A stretch of 63,443 bases of DNA, the filler included, from Deltaproteobacteria bacterium (GTDB taxonomy: Bacteria > JAEEML01), in NCBI GenBank assembly GCA_016283195.1. It is 4 parts of 4 records of this genome, joined end to end, with 100 filler letters (N's around TTAATTAATTAA, not from the genome) between each part and the next. Parts side by side here need not be neighbours in the genome. Positions count along the whole stretch, not along the records: positions 1 to 18,636 come from JAEEML010000148.1; positions 18,737 to 39,527 come from JAEEML010000149.1; 2 more parts are not named here. One strand, 5' to 3'. Position 1 is the first letter of the stretch. Every line of letters starts with the position of its first letter. The notes under the pieces are model-generated. The model was given only the letters and a program-made list of their open reading frames with translations. It was not told the origin of the DNA and did not search any database. Positions 9,590-19,939 of the stretch are shown one piece after another. The position numbers and the translations under genes were made by a program.

Positions 9590-10332
9590 GATCCAGCCTT
9601 ACAGGGTGCATGCAGTTCAATGCCGTCATCGCGGACGCGCTCCATGATTTCCGGCGGCGGAACAGGCATGCGGGAAGTGCGGGCTATAGCTTGCATAAGA
9701 GCGTTGTCAAAATTGCGATCACCTGAAGATTGTTCAATATTTTTGGCAATTAAAGAGCCATCTGGGCCAATGCGGATGAGGGCTACGGCTTTTAAGCTGG
9801 CGCAGGTGGCTTCATCAATAATATTAGGCACTTGAAAATTGCGCATAATGGCTTCTTTTACTTCGCTGACATAGCGGTTGCCAATGACGGCCTGGGTAAA
9901 AGAGCTCACTTTGCCTTGCGGTGAGGCATCTGGTTCGCCTTCGTTATCGTCCTCTTTGCTGATGCGGTCCAGGGCCTTTTGCATTTTACTAAGCCTATTT
10001 ATGCGCTCTTGCAAAGAGGGGGCGCTGGGGGCTTTTTTTGGCGGCGCGGCCTTTTCCTGCTTTACCGGGGCTTCCGGCGCTTTTTCTTTGACTACCGGGG
10101 CCGGAGCCGGCGGCGGGGCGCTGGGGAGGCGCGGCAGGAGATGTTTGGGGCGCTCCTTTTCGCCCTGGCGCACTAATACAGTGGTTATAACCTTCTCCGG
10201 CGGTTTAATCTTGGGCGTACTGGTACCGCCCCACAAAATGCCGAGAATCAGGCCAACATGGATAAGCGCCGAAAGCGAGAGGGCAATGGCGAAACCGCGC
10301 ATCGGTTTTGGGGAAAAAGCACCTCGGGCCAT
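9586..10332 (-). CDS. TolA/TonB-like energy transducer with TonB C-terminal domain
   Basis: N-terminal TM with SALIH motif, Pro/Lys-rich linker, C-terminal SSGDRNFD. Confidence 0.85.
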   Translation of the reverse strand: MARGAFSPKPMRGFAIALSLSALIHVGLILGILWGGTSTPKIKPPEKVITTVLVRQGEKERPKHLLPRLPSAPPPAPAPVVKEKAPEAPVKQEKAAPPKKAPSAPSLQERINRLSKMQKALDRISKEDDNEGEPDASPQGKVSSFTQAVIGNRYVSEVKEAIMRNFQVPNIIDEATCASLKAVALIRIGPDGSLIAKNIEQSSGDRNFDNALMQAIARTSRMPVPPPEIMERVRDDGIELHAPCKAGS

Positions 10333-10335
10333 AGC

Positions 10336-10755
10336 TTAATTCTCGTCTGCCTGGCCGCCAGGATCGGTAATCATGCCCAGCTTGGTGACGCCGGCTTCTT
10401 GAATGCGGGCCATTATATCTACCACAAAGCCATAATCAAGTTTACGATCAGCGTGCAAATAGAGCTCGCCATCGCTCTGGATGCGCGGATTATAGCGGAT
10501 TTTATCCTGTAATTCCTCTAGCGGAATAGGTACTTCAGCCAGATAAATGGATTTATCGGCTTTTAAAGTGAGCACCAGCTTTTCCTGGCCGCTCTCTATG
10601 GTTTTGGCGGCCGCTTTGGGTAAATCAACTTTAACGCCCTGCTGAATCATGGGAGCGGTAACCATAAAGATAATAAGAAGTGACATGGAGACATCAACCA
10701 GCGGAGTAACGTTGATCTCGGTCATGTTTTTTCTGCTAAAACGCCGTTCCGACAT
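10336..10755 (-). CDS. tolR: TolR/ExbD biopolymer transport protein
   Basis: EINVTPLVDV, VDLPKA, ADRKLDYG. Confidence 0.9.
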   Translation of the reverse strand: MSERRFSRKNMTEINVTPLVDVSMSLLIIFMVTAPMIQQGVKVDLPKAAAKTIESGQEKLVLTLKADKSIYLAEVPIPLEELQDKIRYNPRIQSDGELYLHADRKLDYGFVVDIMARIQEAGVTKLGMITDPGGQADEN

Positions 10756-10767
10756 AAGAAACTCCGC

Positions 10768-11529
10768 TTAATTACTGAAAAAATGGCGATCGATGATGTT
10801 TAAAAAGTCGCTGGAAAAGCTATCCATCTCCACATCAAAGAATTTAACCTTGTTATTAAGGTAGTTATAAGCTACAACCGCCGGAATGGCGGCAATGAGG
10901 CCCACAGCGGTGGTGAGGAGAGCTTCGGAAACACCGGGAGCGATGGTGGCCAAATTGGCGTTACCCATCCTGCCTACTTCAAAAAAGGCGTCCATAATGC
11001 CCCAAACGGTACCAAAGAGGCCAATGAAGGGGCCGGTGGAGCCCAAAGTGCCCAAAAAGGAGATGAGGCTCTCTAAATTGGTTATTTCATTTAAGGCCGA
11101 CTTTGTCAGCGTGCGTTGCAAAATATCTTTATCGCTTATTTGTGTTTCCTGCTGCTCCTCAACGCTGTTTTGGGCCCGTCGTTTTTGAATTTTTACCAGC
11201 TCCTGGTAGCCGGCGCGAAAGAGCGCGGCCACCGGGGCCAAAGTGAGATTTTGCGTCTCCTGGTAAATAGTATCAAGCCGCTTGGAGCTCCAGAAAATAT
11301 CTAAAAATTTGGCCGATTCGGCTTTGGCTTTTCTTAGATAAAAGAGCTTATAAATGATGATAGCCCAGCAAATCACCGAAGCCAGAGCCAAAATAAGCAA
11401 AATGGCAATACCAACCGGGCCGGCGCTGTGGATGGCTTCATATAAAACGCCGTGGCCGCTGTTTTTGGGTGCCGCTTGCTCGGCCGTTTGTGCCAAAGAT
11501 AAAATTGATAATATATTTAATTTACACAT
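10768..11529 (-). CDS. tolQ: TolQ/ExbB proton channel protein
   Basis: GPFIGLFGTVWGIM, APGVSEAL.TTAVGL.AAIPAV.AYN. Confidence 0.92.
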   Translation of the reverse strand: MCKLNILSILSLAQTAEQAAPKNSGHGVLYEAIHSAGPVGIAILLILALASVICWAIIIYKLFYLRKAKAESAKFLDIFWSSKRLDTIYQETQNLTLAPVAALFRAGYQELVKIQKRRAQNSVEEQQETQISDKDILQRTLTKSALNEITNLESLISFLGTLGSTGPFIGLFGTVWGIMDAFFEVGRMGNANLATIAPGVSEALLTTAVGLIAAIPAVVAYNYLNNKVKFFDVEMDSFSSDFLNIIDRHFFSN

Positions 11530-11541
11530 AATTTTTAAATA

Positions 11542-12027
11542 TCAAAGACCACTTAGCACCAGCCAGCGGCCATCCTCCTTTACTAGTTCAAAACGGTTTA
11601 ATTCCGTATCATTAAGCCACTTGCCGCCGGCCGGAAAATTAAGATGGGCCCGGTAATCATAGCGAAAATCCACAAACCCGCGATCTTTTTTGAGCTCCAG
11701 CGCATCAACGGTGATGGAAAGATATAATTCATCGGTATGTTCAAAAATTTTGGGAATAACCTGTGCTTTTAATTCTTTTAAGGTAAAGTCATCGCTGTTT
11801 TCGCTGTTCCCCATATCCTCATAATAATGCTCGGAACAAAGGGCAACCAACTTGTCGGCATCTTTTTCTTCCAGCGCCGCGCGATAAGTTTCCAGTAATT
11901 CCAAAATCTGGCGATTATCTTCGGTATCGCGAATTTTAGTGCCTTCGATGTACTTTTTATGGCAAGCTGTAGCGCCGAAAAGCAGTATGATAGTTAGTAA
12001 AGAGCTTAGAAATCTTTTTAAATGCAT
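11542..12027 (-). CDS. Lipoprotein with NTF2-like fold (DUF4440-like)
   Basis: Lipobox ATAC; YRAALEEKD and LVKEDGRWLV patterns typical of NTF2-like domains. Confidence 0.6.
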   Translation of the reverse strand: MHLKRFLSSLLTIILLFGATACHKKYIEGTKIRDTEDNRQILELLETYRAALEEKDADKLVALCSEHYYEDMGNSENSDDFTLKELKAQVIPKIFEHTDELYLSITVDALELKKDRGFVDFRYDYRAHLNFPAGGKWLNDTELNRFELVKEDGRWLVLSGL

Positions 12028-12120
12028 TATAATTCCTTTCGTTAGAGCCGGTTTTGATAAAAAGCTCCGGCTGAGACAGAGGCACTTTACTCAGTTGGAG
12101 CGTAAATTGAAATAGAATAA

Positions 12121-13806
12121 TTAAAATAACCAGCGGTAATAAGTAAATATGCTGTCGTTACTATTATATCTTGCTCCCAATGAATTTGGTGGCCCCCAAA
12201 TGACAGTAGTTCCGAGGCCAAAAATATGCTGCTCCAAAAGCTTATATTCTAAAGAAGCGCGAATAAGAAAATCGCCGTAAGTGGCGCTAACTGCACCAAG
12301 TAATTCGATTTTAAAGCGATCTTCCCAAAAAGTCTTGCGGCCCATAAAGATAAAGCCCACTAAATAGCTGCTTTTATCACCGGCCCTTTTAAAGTCGAGC
12401 AGAGGAATAATTTCGTTATTAAAGGAAAAAAGAGCAAAAGCGGTGAGCGAGAGGTAAAGAGAGGTGCCGTAAGAATATTCTACTGCGAGTACGCTTTTTA
12501 AAAACGGGGAGCGGCTAAAGTTTAACTCGCTATCATAAAATATTTTTTGCGGCGTAAAAGTTAAATCGAGTTTTAAGATAAAATCCCCCAAAACCAGATC
12601 CATATCAAAAGCGGCCTCAAAAGAGCGCAAATAGGTAAGGCTAAATATTTCATCGCCATTTTTATAATTATTTTGCAAAGTTACAAAAGCGTCGGCTAGA
12701 GCGGCATCAGTAAAAAGCAAGGCCGGATTTTCCAAAATAGCCCCGGCCGCACCGGCGAGAGTTATGAGATTTTTATCCAGCAGCAGCTTAGGTGTGCGGT
12801 CAAAACCGTAAACAGCCGAGATGGCAAAATCGGCTTGTTTACTCTCTGCCATGAGCCTTAGGCCGATGGTGGAATTTTTTATGGAATAATCTGGCGGTTC
12901 TGTAGCCAGAGGATCATCGACAAGCTCCTCGAGCAGTGTGGGAGATACCGATTTAAGTAGCGATAATTTATTATAAAAATCACTTCCTGCCGGAGCCAGT
13001 GACATATCTTTATCTATTAAAGCCACTTTGTGCGGCTTAAACCAGGGAATAAAGGCCAGATGGGCAGTAAACCAGCTTTTATTCCAGGTAAAAAGCAGGG
13101 CGGGAACGGGGGCGTGCAGCTTTAGGCCATTGGGGTAATTTAAGCGGGCGTCCAGCGGGTTTAAGAGGGAGACAGCGGGCAAAATGTCGTTTTGCCCCCA
13201 GGAAAAGAGCAAATTGCCCAGGCGCAAGCTAAGGCCGTAGGGCAGGTTGGCTTCCAGAAAAGTTTCCAAAAGGTCGATGCCGCCGTTATAGCGCTTGTCG
13301 CTGGTATTAAAAAGGAGATAGGGCTTATCGCCTTTCGGGCGGCGGCCGCGCATGCCCCAATAGAGAGCTAAGTTGGTGTAAAAACGCAGATATTTTTTAA
13401 AGCGCAGTTCAGCGATAACAAGAGCCCAGCTTTGAAATTCGGAGACATCTTCGCCCTCCTGGTCAAAGAGCACATCACTCAGGCCTTTTACGCCCAGTTC
13501 GCCGTTAAAGCGGAAGGCTAGGGGCAGGGGCCTCGCGGTGGATGGTGCTGGTGCGGCGGGTTGCACTATCGGAGCGCTGGAGGTAGCTGGTACTTCTTCG
13601 GCACTAAAAAAAGAAAATGAATCCTCCTCACTGGCGGCATCCGGGCTGTTTATGGCTCTTTCTGTCTCGCCATCGCTGAAGGCATCGCTACTTTGGAGCG
13701 TATTGGGCTCCTCCTCGCTAAAAAAGGAAAACTCCTCTTCCTGCGCGGCGGCGCTTAGCGGCAAGAGGCCAAAAAGAGCGCTGACAATAAAAAGAGCTCT
13801 ACGCAT
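12121..13806 (-). CDS. Putative outer-membrane beta-barrel protein (DUF1302-like)
   Basis: Signal peptide, LRLGNLLFSWG..D..LNPLD motif, amphipathic strands, C-terminal YYRWLF. Confidence 0.6.
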   Translation of the reverse strand: MRRALFIVSALFGLLPLSAAAQEEEFSFFSEEEPNTLQSSDAFSDGETERAINSPDAASEEDSFSFFSAEEVPATSSAPIVQPAAPAPSTARPLPLAFRFNGELGVKGLSDVLFDQEGEDVSEFQSWALVIAELRFKKYLRFYTNLALYWGMRGRRPKGDKPYLLFNTSDKRYNGGIDLLETFLEANLPYGLSLRLGNLLFSWGQNDILPAVSLLNPLDARLNYPNGLKLHAPVPALLFTWNKSWFTAHLAFIPWFKPHKVALIDKDMSLAPAGSDFYNKLSLLKSVSPTLLEELVDDPLATEPPDYSIKNSTIGLRLMAESKQADFAISAVYGFDRTPKLLLDKNLITLAGAAGAILENPALLFTDAALADAFVTLQNNYKNGDEIFSLTYLRSFEAAFDMDLVLGDFILKLDLTFTPQKIFYDSELNFSRSPFLKSVLAVEYSYGTSLYLSLTAFALFSFNNEIIPLLDFKRAGDKSSYLVGFIFMGRKTFWEDRFKIELLGAVSATYGDFLIRASLEYKLLEQHIFGLGTTVIWGPPNSLGARYNSNDSIFTYYRWLF

Positions 13807-13818
13807 TATCCGGCCTTA

Positions 13819-14817
13819 TTAGGCAAAGTGGTCAAAGCCTTGGGTAAGCGGCTTTTCCCTTTCCCCTAAGCGGCATTTTATACCCTCTTCCTTAGTGATG
13901 GTGCCTATTTTAGTGATGGGCACCTTAAGTTTTTGGCTGAGATCGGCAAGCCCGGCCGCCGCTTCCGGGGCAGCGCTGAATAAAAGGGCAAAATCTTCGC
14001 CGCCTATGATGGTTAGCTCATAAATATCTTCTTCTTTTTCGGCGGCATATTCTCTTAAAGTGGGGGCAGCCGGCAAAGCGGAGAGGAGCACAGTGGCGCC
14101 GGCTCCTTTAGGCAAAAGGCGCGGCAAGTCGGCAGCCAGGCCATCGGAAATATCCATAGCCGAAGTGGCGAGGTGCTCATTTGCCAGAGCGAGACCCAGG
14201 TCAAGAAGGGGCTCGGGGCGAATCTGGCGCCTAACCAAATCCTTATATTTATCCTTTAAATCCTGGTAAGTTAGCAAAATATGAAGCCCGGCTCTGGCGC
14301 CGCCCAAAAAGCCGCCCACATAAAGGTCATCGCCCGGCCGGCCAGTGCCCCTATGCAAAAGCGGGGCCTCTTTTTGGCCCAGCACAGTTATATTGATGGT
14401 GAGGGGCCCGCTGGTGGCCGAAAGGTCGCCGCCTATTAGCGGGCAGTGGTATTTTTCGGCTACTGCGGCGAGACCCTCGGCTATTCCGGCCACCAGGGAG
14501 ACGGGGCGCTCCGGGTTTACAGCGAGAGAAAAGAGATAGCCGGCCGGGCGGCTACCCATGGCGGCAAGGTCTGATATATTGACGGCGAGAGCTTTGTGGC
14601 CAATATCGTGGCCACTCGCCCAAAAGAGCATAAAATCTTCGCCCTCCACCAGCATATCGGTGGAGGTGACCAGCCCGTTTTTTAGCGGCAAGTAAGCGGC
14701 ATCATCGCCCACACCCAGGGCGCCCTCGGGCAGGGAATTCTTTTCATAGCTCATAATAAGCTCTATAAGAGCTTTTTCGCCTACGCCGCTGATGGGTCCA
14801 TCTAAATTAATAGCCAT
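13819..14817 (-). CDS. thiL: Thiamine-monophosphate kinase
   Basis: GVGDDAA, TDMLVEG, NISDLAAMG, GGD, DISDGL, GGEDF.LLF. Confidence 0.95.
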   Translation of the reverse strand: MAINLDGPISGVGEKALIELIMSYEKNSLPEGALGVGDDAAYLPLKNGLVTSTDMLVEGEDFMLFWASGHDIGHKALAVNISDLAAMGSRPAGYLFSLAVNPERPVSLVAGIAEGLAAVAEKYHCPLIGGDLSATSGPLTINITVLGQKEAPLLHRGTGRPGDDLYVGGFLGGARAGLHILLTYQDLKDKYKDLVRRQIRPEPLLDLGLALANEHLATSAMDISDGLAADLPRLLPKGAGATVLLSALPAAPTLREYAAEKEEDIYELTIIGGEDFALLFSAAPEAAAGLADLSQKLKVPITKIGTITKEEGIKCRLGEREKPLTQGFDHFA

Positions 14818-14840
14818 TTAATCCTCCGCTTTTACTCTTT

Positions 14841-16328
14841 TTAGCGCCAGCTATCGGGAATGGGTAGCGCTCTAGCTACAATTTCTTCCGCTCGCTCTCT
14901 ACTGGCGCCCTCGCTATAAACGCGAAATTCCGGCGCATTGCCAGAGGCGCGCAAATGGATAACCTCTTTACTTTCAAAAGTTATGCGCAGCCCATCTATC
15001 GTATTGAAATTTATGGCTTTTCCGGAAATATGGCCAAAAAGATCGCTGAGGCGCGAAAGGACTTCGGCGGGGCTTCCCCCGGAGAGCTCGGCCAATTTAG
15101 AGCGCCCGAGCTCCTGCGGAAATTTTTGCAACCGCCCGGCGGCTGTAAACCAGGGCGGGAGCTCTTTTACTAACTCACTGATGGTTTTACCCGCCTCTTT
15201 AGCGGCTAGTAGCACAGAAATATGCACCAGCGGCACATCGCGGGTGGGGAGAGCTAGGAGTTTTTGGCCATTTTCCTCGATATCTGAAGCCAAAAGGAAG
15301 CCGCCGTTGGCTTCAAAGCCCATAACTCTGGCCTTGGGGCTTTTCTGGCAGAGCTTTTCCATGGCTTCTATAACAAAGGGTGAACCGATGCGGGGGCGCA
15401 CTACCTCGCCAAAATAGCCGCACTGCTCCACTATGCTGGAGACGGAAACGGGCACCACCAGTTTATCGGCTTTTAAATAGCGGGCGGCGATAATGCCGGC
15501 AATGTCGCCCTTTAGCCAAGTGCCGCTTTCAGCGGCCACTAAGGGGCGGTCGCTATCGCCATCGGAAGAGACCAGGGCAAAGAGCTCGTTTTGAGCGGCC
15601 ATTTTTTTGGCAAATTCATGATTGGCCGGGCTTAGCGCTTCGGTATCCACCGGCACAAAAGCCGCGCTATAGCCGCCGCGCACAATAGTTGCACCCAGCC
15701 CTTCCAAAATCTCGCCCATGAGCTCGCGCCCCACCGCGCTATGCTCATAGAGGCCGATTTTGAGGCCCATAAGGCAGTTCTTAGGAAAGAAATCCCAATA
15801 ACGACGGAGATACAGCACTTTGGCCAAAGTGCCGGGCCGGGGCAGGGCCGGGCGCTCTTTTAAAGCGCCGTCCGCGTTAAAGAGAGTGCTGTCTATATCC
15901 AGCGTTTCCCGGGCTAAAAGCGCCTCTTCTTCTTTGGTTATCTCGCCCCTTGCTGTGGTGAATTTAATGCCGTTTCTATCAGCCGGAATATGCGAACCGG
16001 TGACCATGATGGTGGGCATCTTTTGTAAGAGGCCGTAATAGGCAATAGCCGGCGAGGAAATAAAGCCCTGAAAATCCGTTAAGAGCCCGTTATTGGTAAG
16101 GGCTTTATTAGCCGCTTGCATGATGCGCGGCGTAGAAGGGCGAAGGTCACCGGCTAGGGCCACCTTTTCGCCGGGCCTGCGGGCGCCGCTATCAAGTAAA
16201 TATTTAGCAAAAGCCGAGACATAGCTATATACCACGCGATCGCTTAGAGCCGTAACCAGCCCGCGCGCTCCACTGGTGCCAAAAGAGACGCCGCTCTCCT
16301 GCATGATATCTTTTAAGGTAACTAACAT
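14841..16328 (-). CDS. Phosphomannomutase (alpha-D-phosphohexomutase, ManB-like)
   Basis: FGTSGARG, TGSHIP, DGDSDRP, GFEANGG, RASGNAPE; GGAGG RBS before ATG 16328. Confidence 0.9.
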   Translation of the reverse strand: MLVTLKDIMQESGVSFGTSGARGLVTALSDRVVYSYVSAFAKYLLDSGARRPGEKVALAGDLRPSTPRIMQAANKALTNNGLLTDFQGFISSPAIAYYGLLQKMPTIMVTGSHIPADRNGIKFTTARGEITKEEEALLARETLDIDSTLFNADGALKERPALPRPGTLAKVLYLRRYWDFFPKNCLMGLKIGLYEHSAVGRELMGEILEGLGATIVRGGYSAAFVPVDTEALSPANHEFAKKMAAQNELFALVSSDGDSDRPLVAAESGTWLKGDIAGIIAARYLKADKLVVPVSVSSIVEQCGYFGEVVRPRIGSPFVIEAMEKLCQKSPKARVMGFEANGGFLLASDIEENGQKLLALPTRDVPLVHISVLLAAKEAGKTISELVKELPPWFTAAGRLQKFPQELGRSKLAELSGGSPAEVLSRLSDLFGHISGKAINFNTIDGLRITFESKEVIHLRASGNAPEFRVYSEGASRERAEEIVARALPIPDSWR

Positions 16329-16487
16329 TATAATCCTCCGGTTTTCGGGTAGATCGGCCATCATCTCCGCCGCGTTCATCTTCGGAAAAGCCATAAACGG
16401 CCGGCACAATAAAGCTGATTATCAAATTTTACATATAATAGCTTTTCTTTTTTATAGTGGGGGTACTTAAATGAGGCGGTATTAGCT

Positions 16488-17753
<1,266 letters not shown>

Positions 17754-18002
17754 AACCTTTTTTTCTCCTTATAAAAGTAAAATTCATTGGCTAATTTGCC
17801 AATATTTAAGCCACCCGGTTGTAGCGGCGCGGCAGTTCTATTATTATTTTTTTTGATGTCAAGAGTGTTTATAACACAGTGAAAATAAAGGTGAAAATGA
17901 TGTAAGTGATCGGTGTCACAATGGCAATTTTTGTAATAGTGTGAAATAAAAAGGGAAAATGAATAGGACAAAAAATTGATTGTGCGCCGGTTGCCGGGAA
18001 AA

Positions 18003-18636
18003 TTATTTTTGTAAATTTTTAATGGTGGCTATTGTGAGCTCTGTGCATTCGGCGATAAAGTTAGGTGTACAGCCCCTGGCCAGCATTTTTTTGGCAGTTT
18101 CCAGAGCTTGTTCGCGTTTTCCATGTTCGCTTATGGCTCTTTCTTGGGCTATAAGCGCCTCTTCTTTTTTCTTAAGCTGAGTTTGTTCTTGTTGTAACTC
18201 GGCTTGTTCTTGCTCAAGTGTAGCTTGTTCTTGCTCAAGTGCAGCTTGCTTTTGCTCAAGCTGCGTGCGGATAGTGGTTAGTTCTTTTTCACCTTCGGCC
18301 AACTCTTTGGCTTTTTCAACAAACACTTTCTCTTTTTCGGCAAATTTTTGTTCAGTTTCAGCAAATCTTTGTTCAGTTTCAGCAAATTTTTTCTCAGTTT
18401 TCTCCTTATTGATATTCCATGAAATAAAATCGCGGTGTGCTCTTTCGCGGTCGGCTGCAACTCCTACCAGCTTGGTGTTATTCAGTAGCTCTAGGTAAAA
18501 GTTATGGGCCTTACCGATAGCCGGTACCGCGCTTTCCATGTAATCCTCCTCGTGCGCATGGGCAAAAAAGCGTACCCAAGCAGCAAGTTCTTTTGTAATA
18601 TTACCACATTTTTCCGCTTTGTGGAGCTCCAGAAAA
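18003..18636 (-). CDS. Rpn family / PD-(D/E)XK nuclease-transposase, 5' end truncated by the contig end
   Basis: Frame stays open from the gap (FLELHK..LAAWVRFF..EEDYMES), then a heptad coiled coil and the typical Rpn tail ETAKKMLARG...IAECTELT...I. Confidence 0.75.
18202..18401. repeat. Two arrays of 21-bp tandem repeats in the Rpn coiled-coil region
   Basis: 3x gcttgttcttgctcaagtgya-like at 18202-18264; 3x gcaaat.tttgttcagtttca-like at 18340-18401. Confidence 0.85.
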
Positions 18637-18736
18637 NNNNNNNNNNNNNNNNNNNNNNNNNNNNNNNNNNNNNNNNNNNNTTAATTAATTAANNNNNNNN
18701 NNNNNNNNNNNNNNNNNNNNNNNNNNNNNNNNNNNN
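18637..18736. other. Artificial contig-joining linker (N44-TTAATTAATTAA-N44)
   Basis: 100-nt N block with a six-frame stop spacer. Confidence 0.99.
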
Positions 18737-19430
18737 CGATATTGATGCAGCGGAAGATATTCTCGAGTAATTTGGCCGATTCCGCCGCTTCGGCCGAGGA
18801 GACGGGCACGGTGCGGATAATTATCTCATCATAGAGCGCTTTAGCTACTTTAAGGCTATCCGCCGTTACACCGCCCACCACTTTGGGAATGGTGGTGGTG
18901 CAAAAAGCGCCGTTATTGGGATCTTCGCGCTCCGGCGAAAAGGCCGCCCAAAAATCGTTATCAAGCTTTAAGCCGGAACCCTTTTCCAAAATGGGCACTA
19001 CCACTTCGCGGGTGGTGCCGGGGTAAGTGGTGGATTCCAAAACTATGAGCTGGTTTGGGCGGATATGCTGCGCAATGGATTCCGCCGAGCCGACAATATA
19101 AGAGACATCGGGCTCTCTTTGGTGCGTGAGCGGCGTGGGCACACAGATGATGAGCGCATCGGCATCTTTGGCCAGCGAAAAATCACTGGTGGCTTTTAAA
19201 AGGCCGCTATCTACCGCTTTGGCCACCCGCTCGGCCGCAATGTGCTTAATGAGCGAATGGCCGCTCATGATGGTATTTACCGTGCGTTCGGAAATATCAA
19301 AGCCAATGACTTTGAAGGCTTTTTCGGCAAAAGAGAGCGCGAGCGGCAGCCCCACATAACCGAGGCCGATAACGCCGACTACGGCCTCTTTGGCCGCGAC
19401 TTTACGCATAAAAAGAGCGACATCAGCCAT
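18737..19430 (-). CDS. UDP-N-acetylglucosamine 6-dehydrogenase (WbpA-like nucleotide-sugar dehydrogenase), 3' truncated
   Basis: GLGYVGLPLA, ICVPTPL, ESTTYPGTT, SPEREDP, KLLENIFR; runs into the gap. Confidence 0.92.
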
Positions 19431-19461
19431 TTTAAGCTCCTTTCAAAGAGCCCTGGGGCTT

Positions 19462-19920
19462 TTATTTGCCCAAAAGACCAATCATCATGATGCTGGCAAC
19501 GAGCGAGAGAATAGCGTAAAATTCCGGGAAGGCGGCCAGGATCAGGGTGTTACCAAAGGCTTTGTCGTTACCGCTGCCATAGGTGGCGATACCGGCGGCA
19601 CATACTTTGCCCTGATAAATACCGGAAATGAAGCAGGCGAGGCCAATGGCGAGACCGGCAGCAAAAACCACAGCCGCTTTATAGGGCGTCATGTTGCTGG
19701 TTACTTCGCCGCTAAACATCATAAAAGCCACGAAGCCATAGATACCCTGGGTAGCCGGCATGGAGGAGAGGATCATACCTTTACCAAAGTCGTTTGGGCG
19801 TTTCTTAATCATGCCCATAACTGCCTGACCAGCGACCGAGAGTCCCCAGGCCGAACCGGCACCGGCAAGACCCACCATAAGACCCAAACCAGCGATTGCC
19901 AAAATACTCATTTCACTCAT
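19462..19920 (-). CDS. ntpK: V/A-type ATPase subunit K (proteolipid)
   Basis: Four TM helices; PATQGIYG, IYQG, FPEFYA. Confidence 0.93.
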   Translation of the reverse strand: MSEMSILAIAGLGLMVGLAGAGSAWGLSVAGQAVMGMIKKRPNDFGKGMILSSMPATQGIYGFVAFMMFSGEVTSNMTPYKAAVVFAAGLAIGLACFISGIYQGKVCAAGIATYGSGNDKAFGNTLILAAFPEFYAILSLVASIMMIGLLGK

Positions 19921-19939
19921 TTTTTTAACCTCCTACGGT

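Noticed and set aside
14818-14840. TPP riboswitch upstream of thiL
   Set aside because: The spacer is only 23 nt and lacks the TPP consensus.
18202-18401. CRISPR-like array
   Set aside because: The repeats are contiguous, have no spacers and lie in frame within a CDS. No cas genes are present.
18637-18736. TTAATTAATTAA palindrome inside N runs (also at 39528-39627 and 55232-55331)
   Set aside because: These are identical artificial scaffold linkers. Gene adjacency across them is meaningless, and ORFs ending in LIN there are artefacts.
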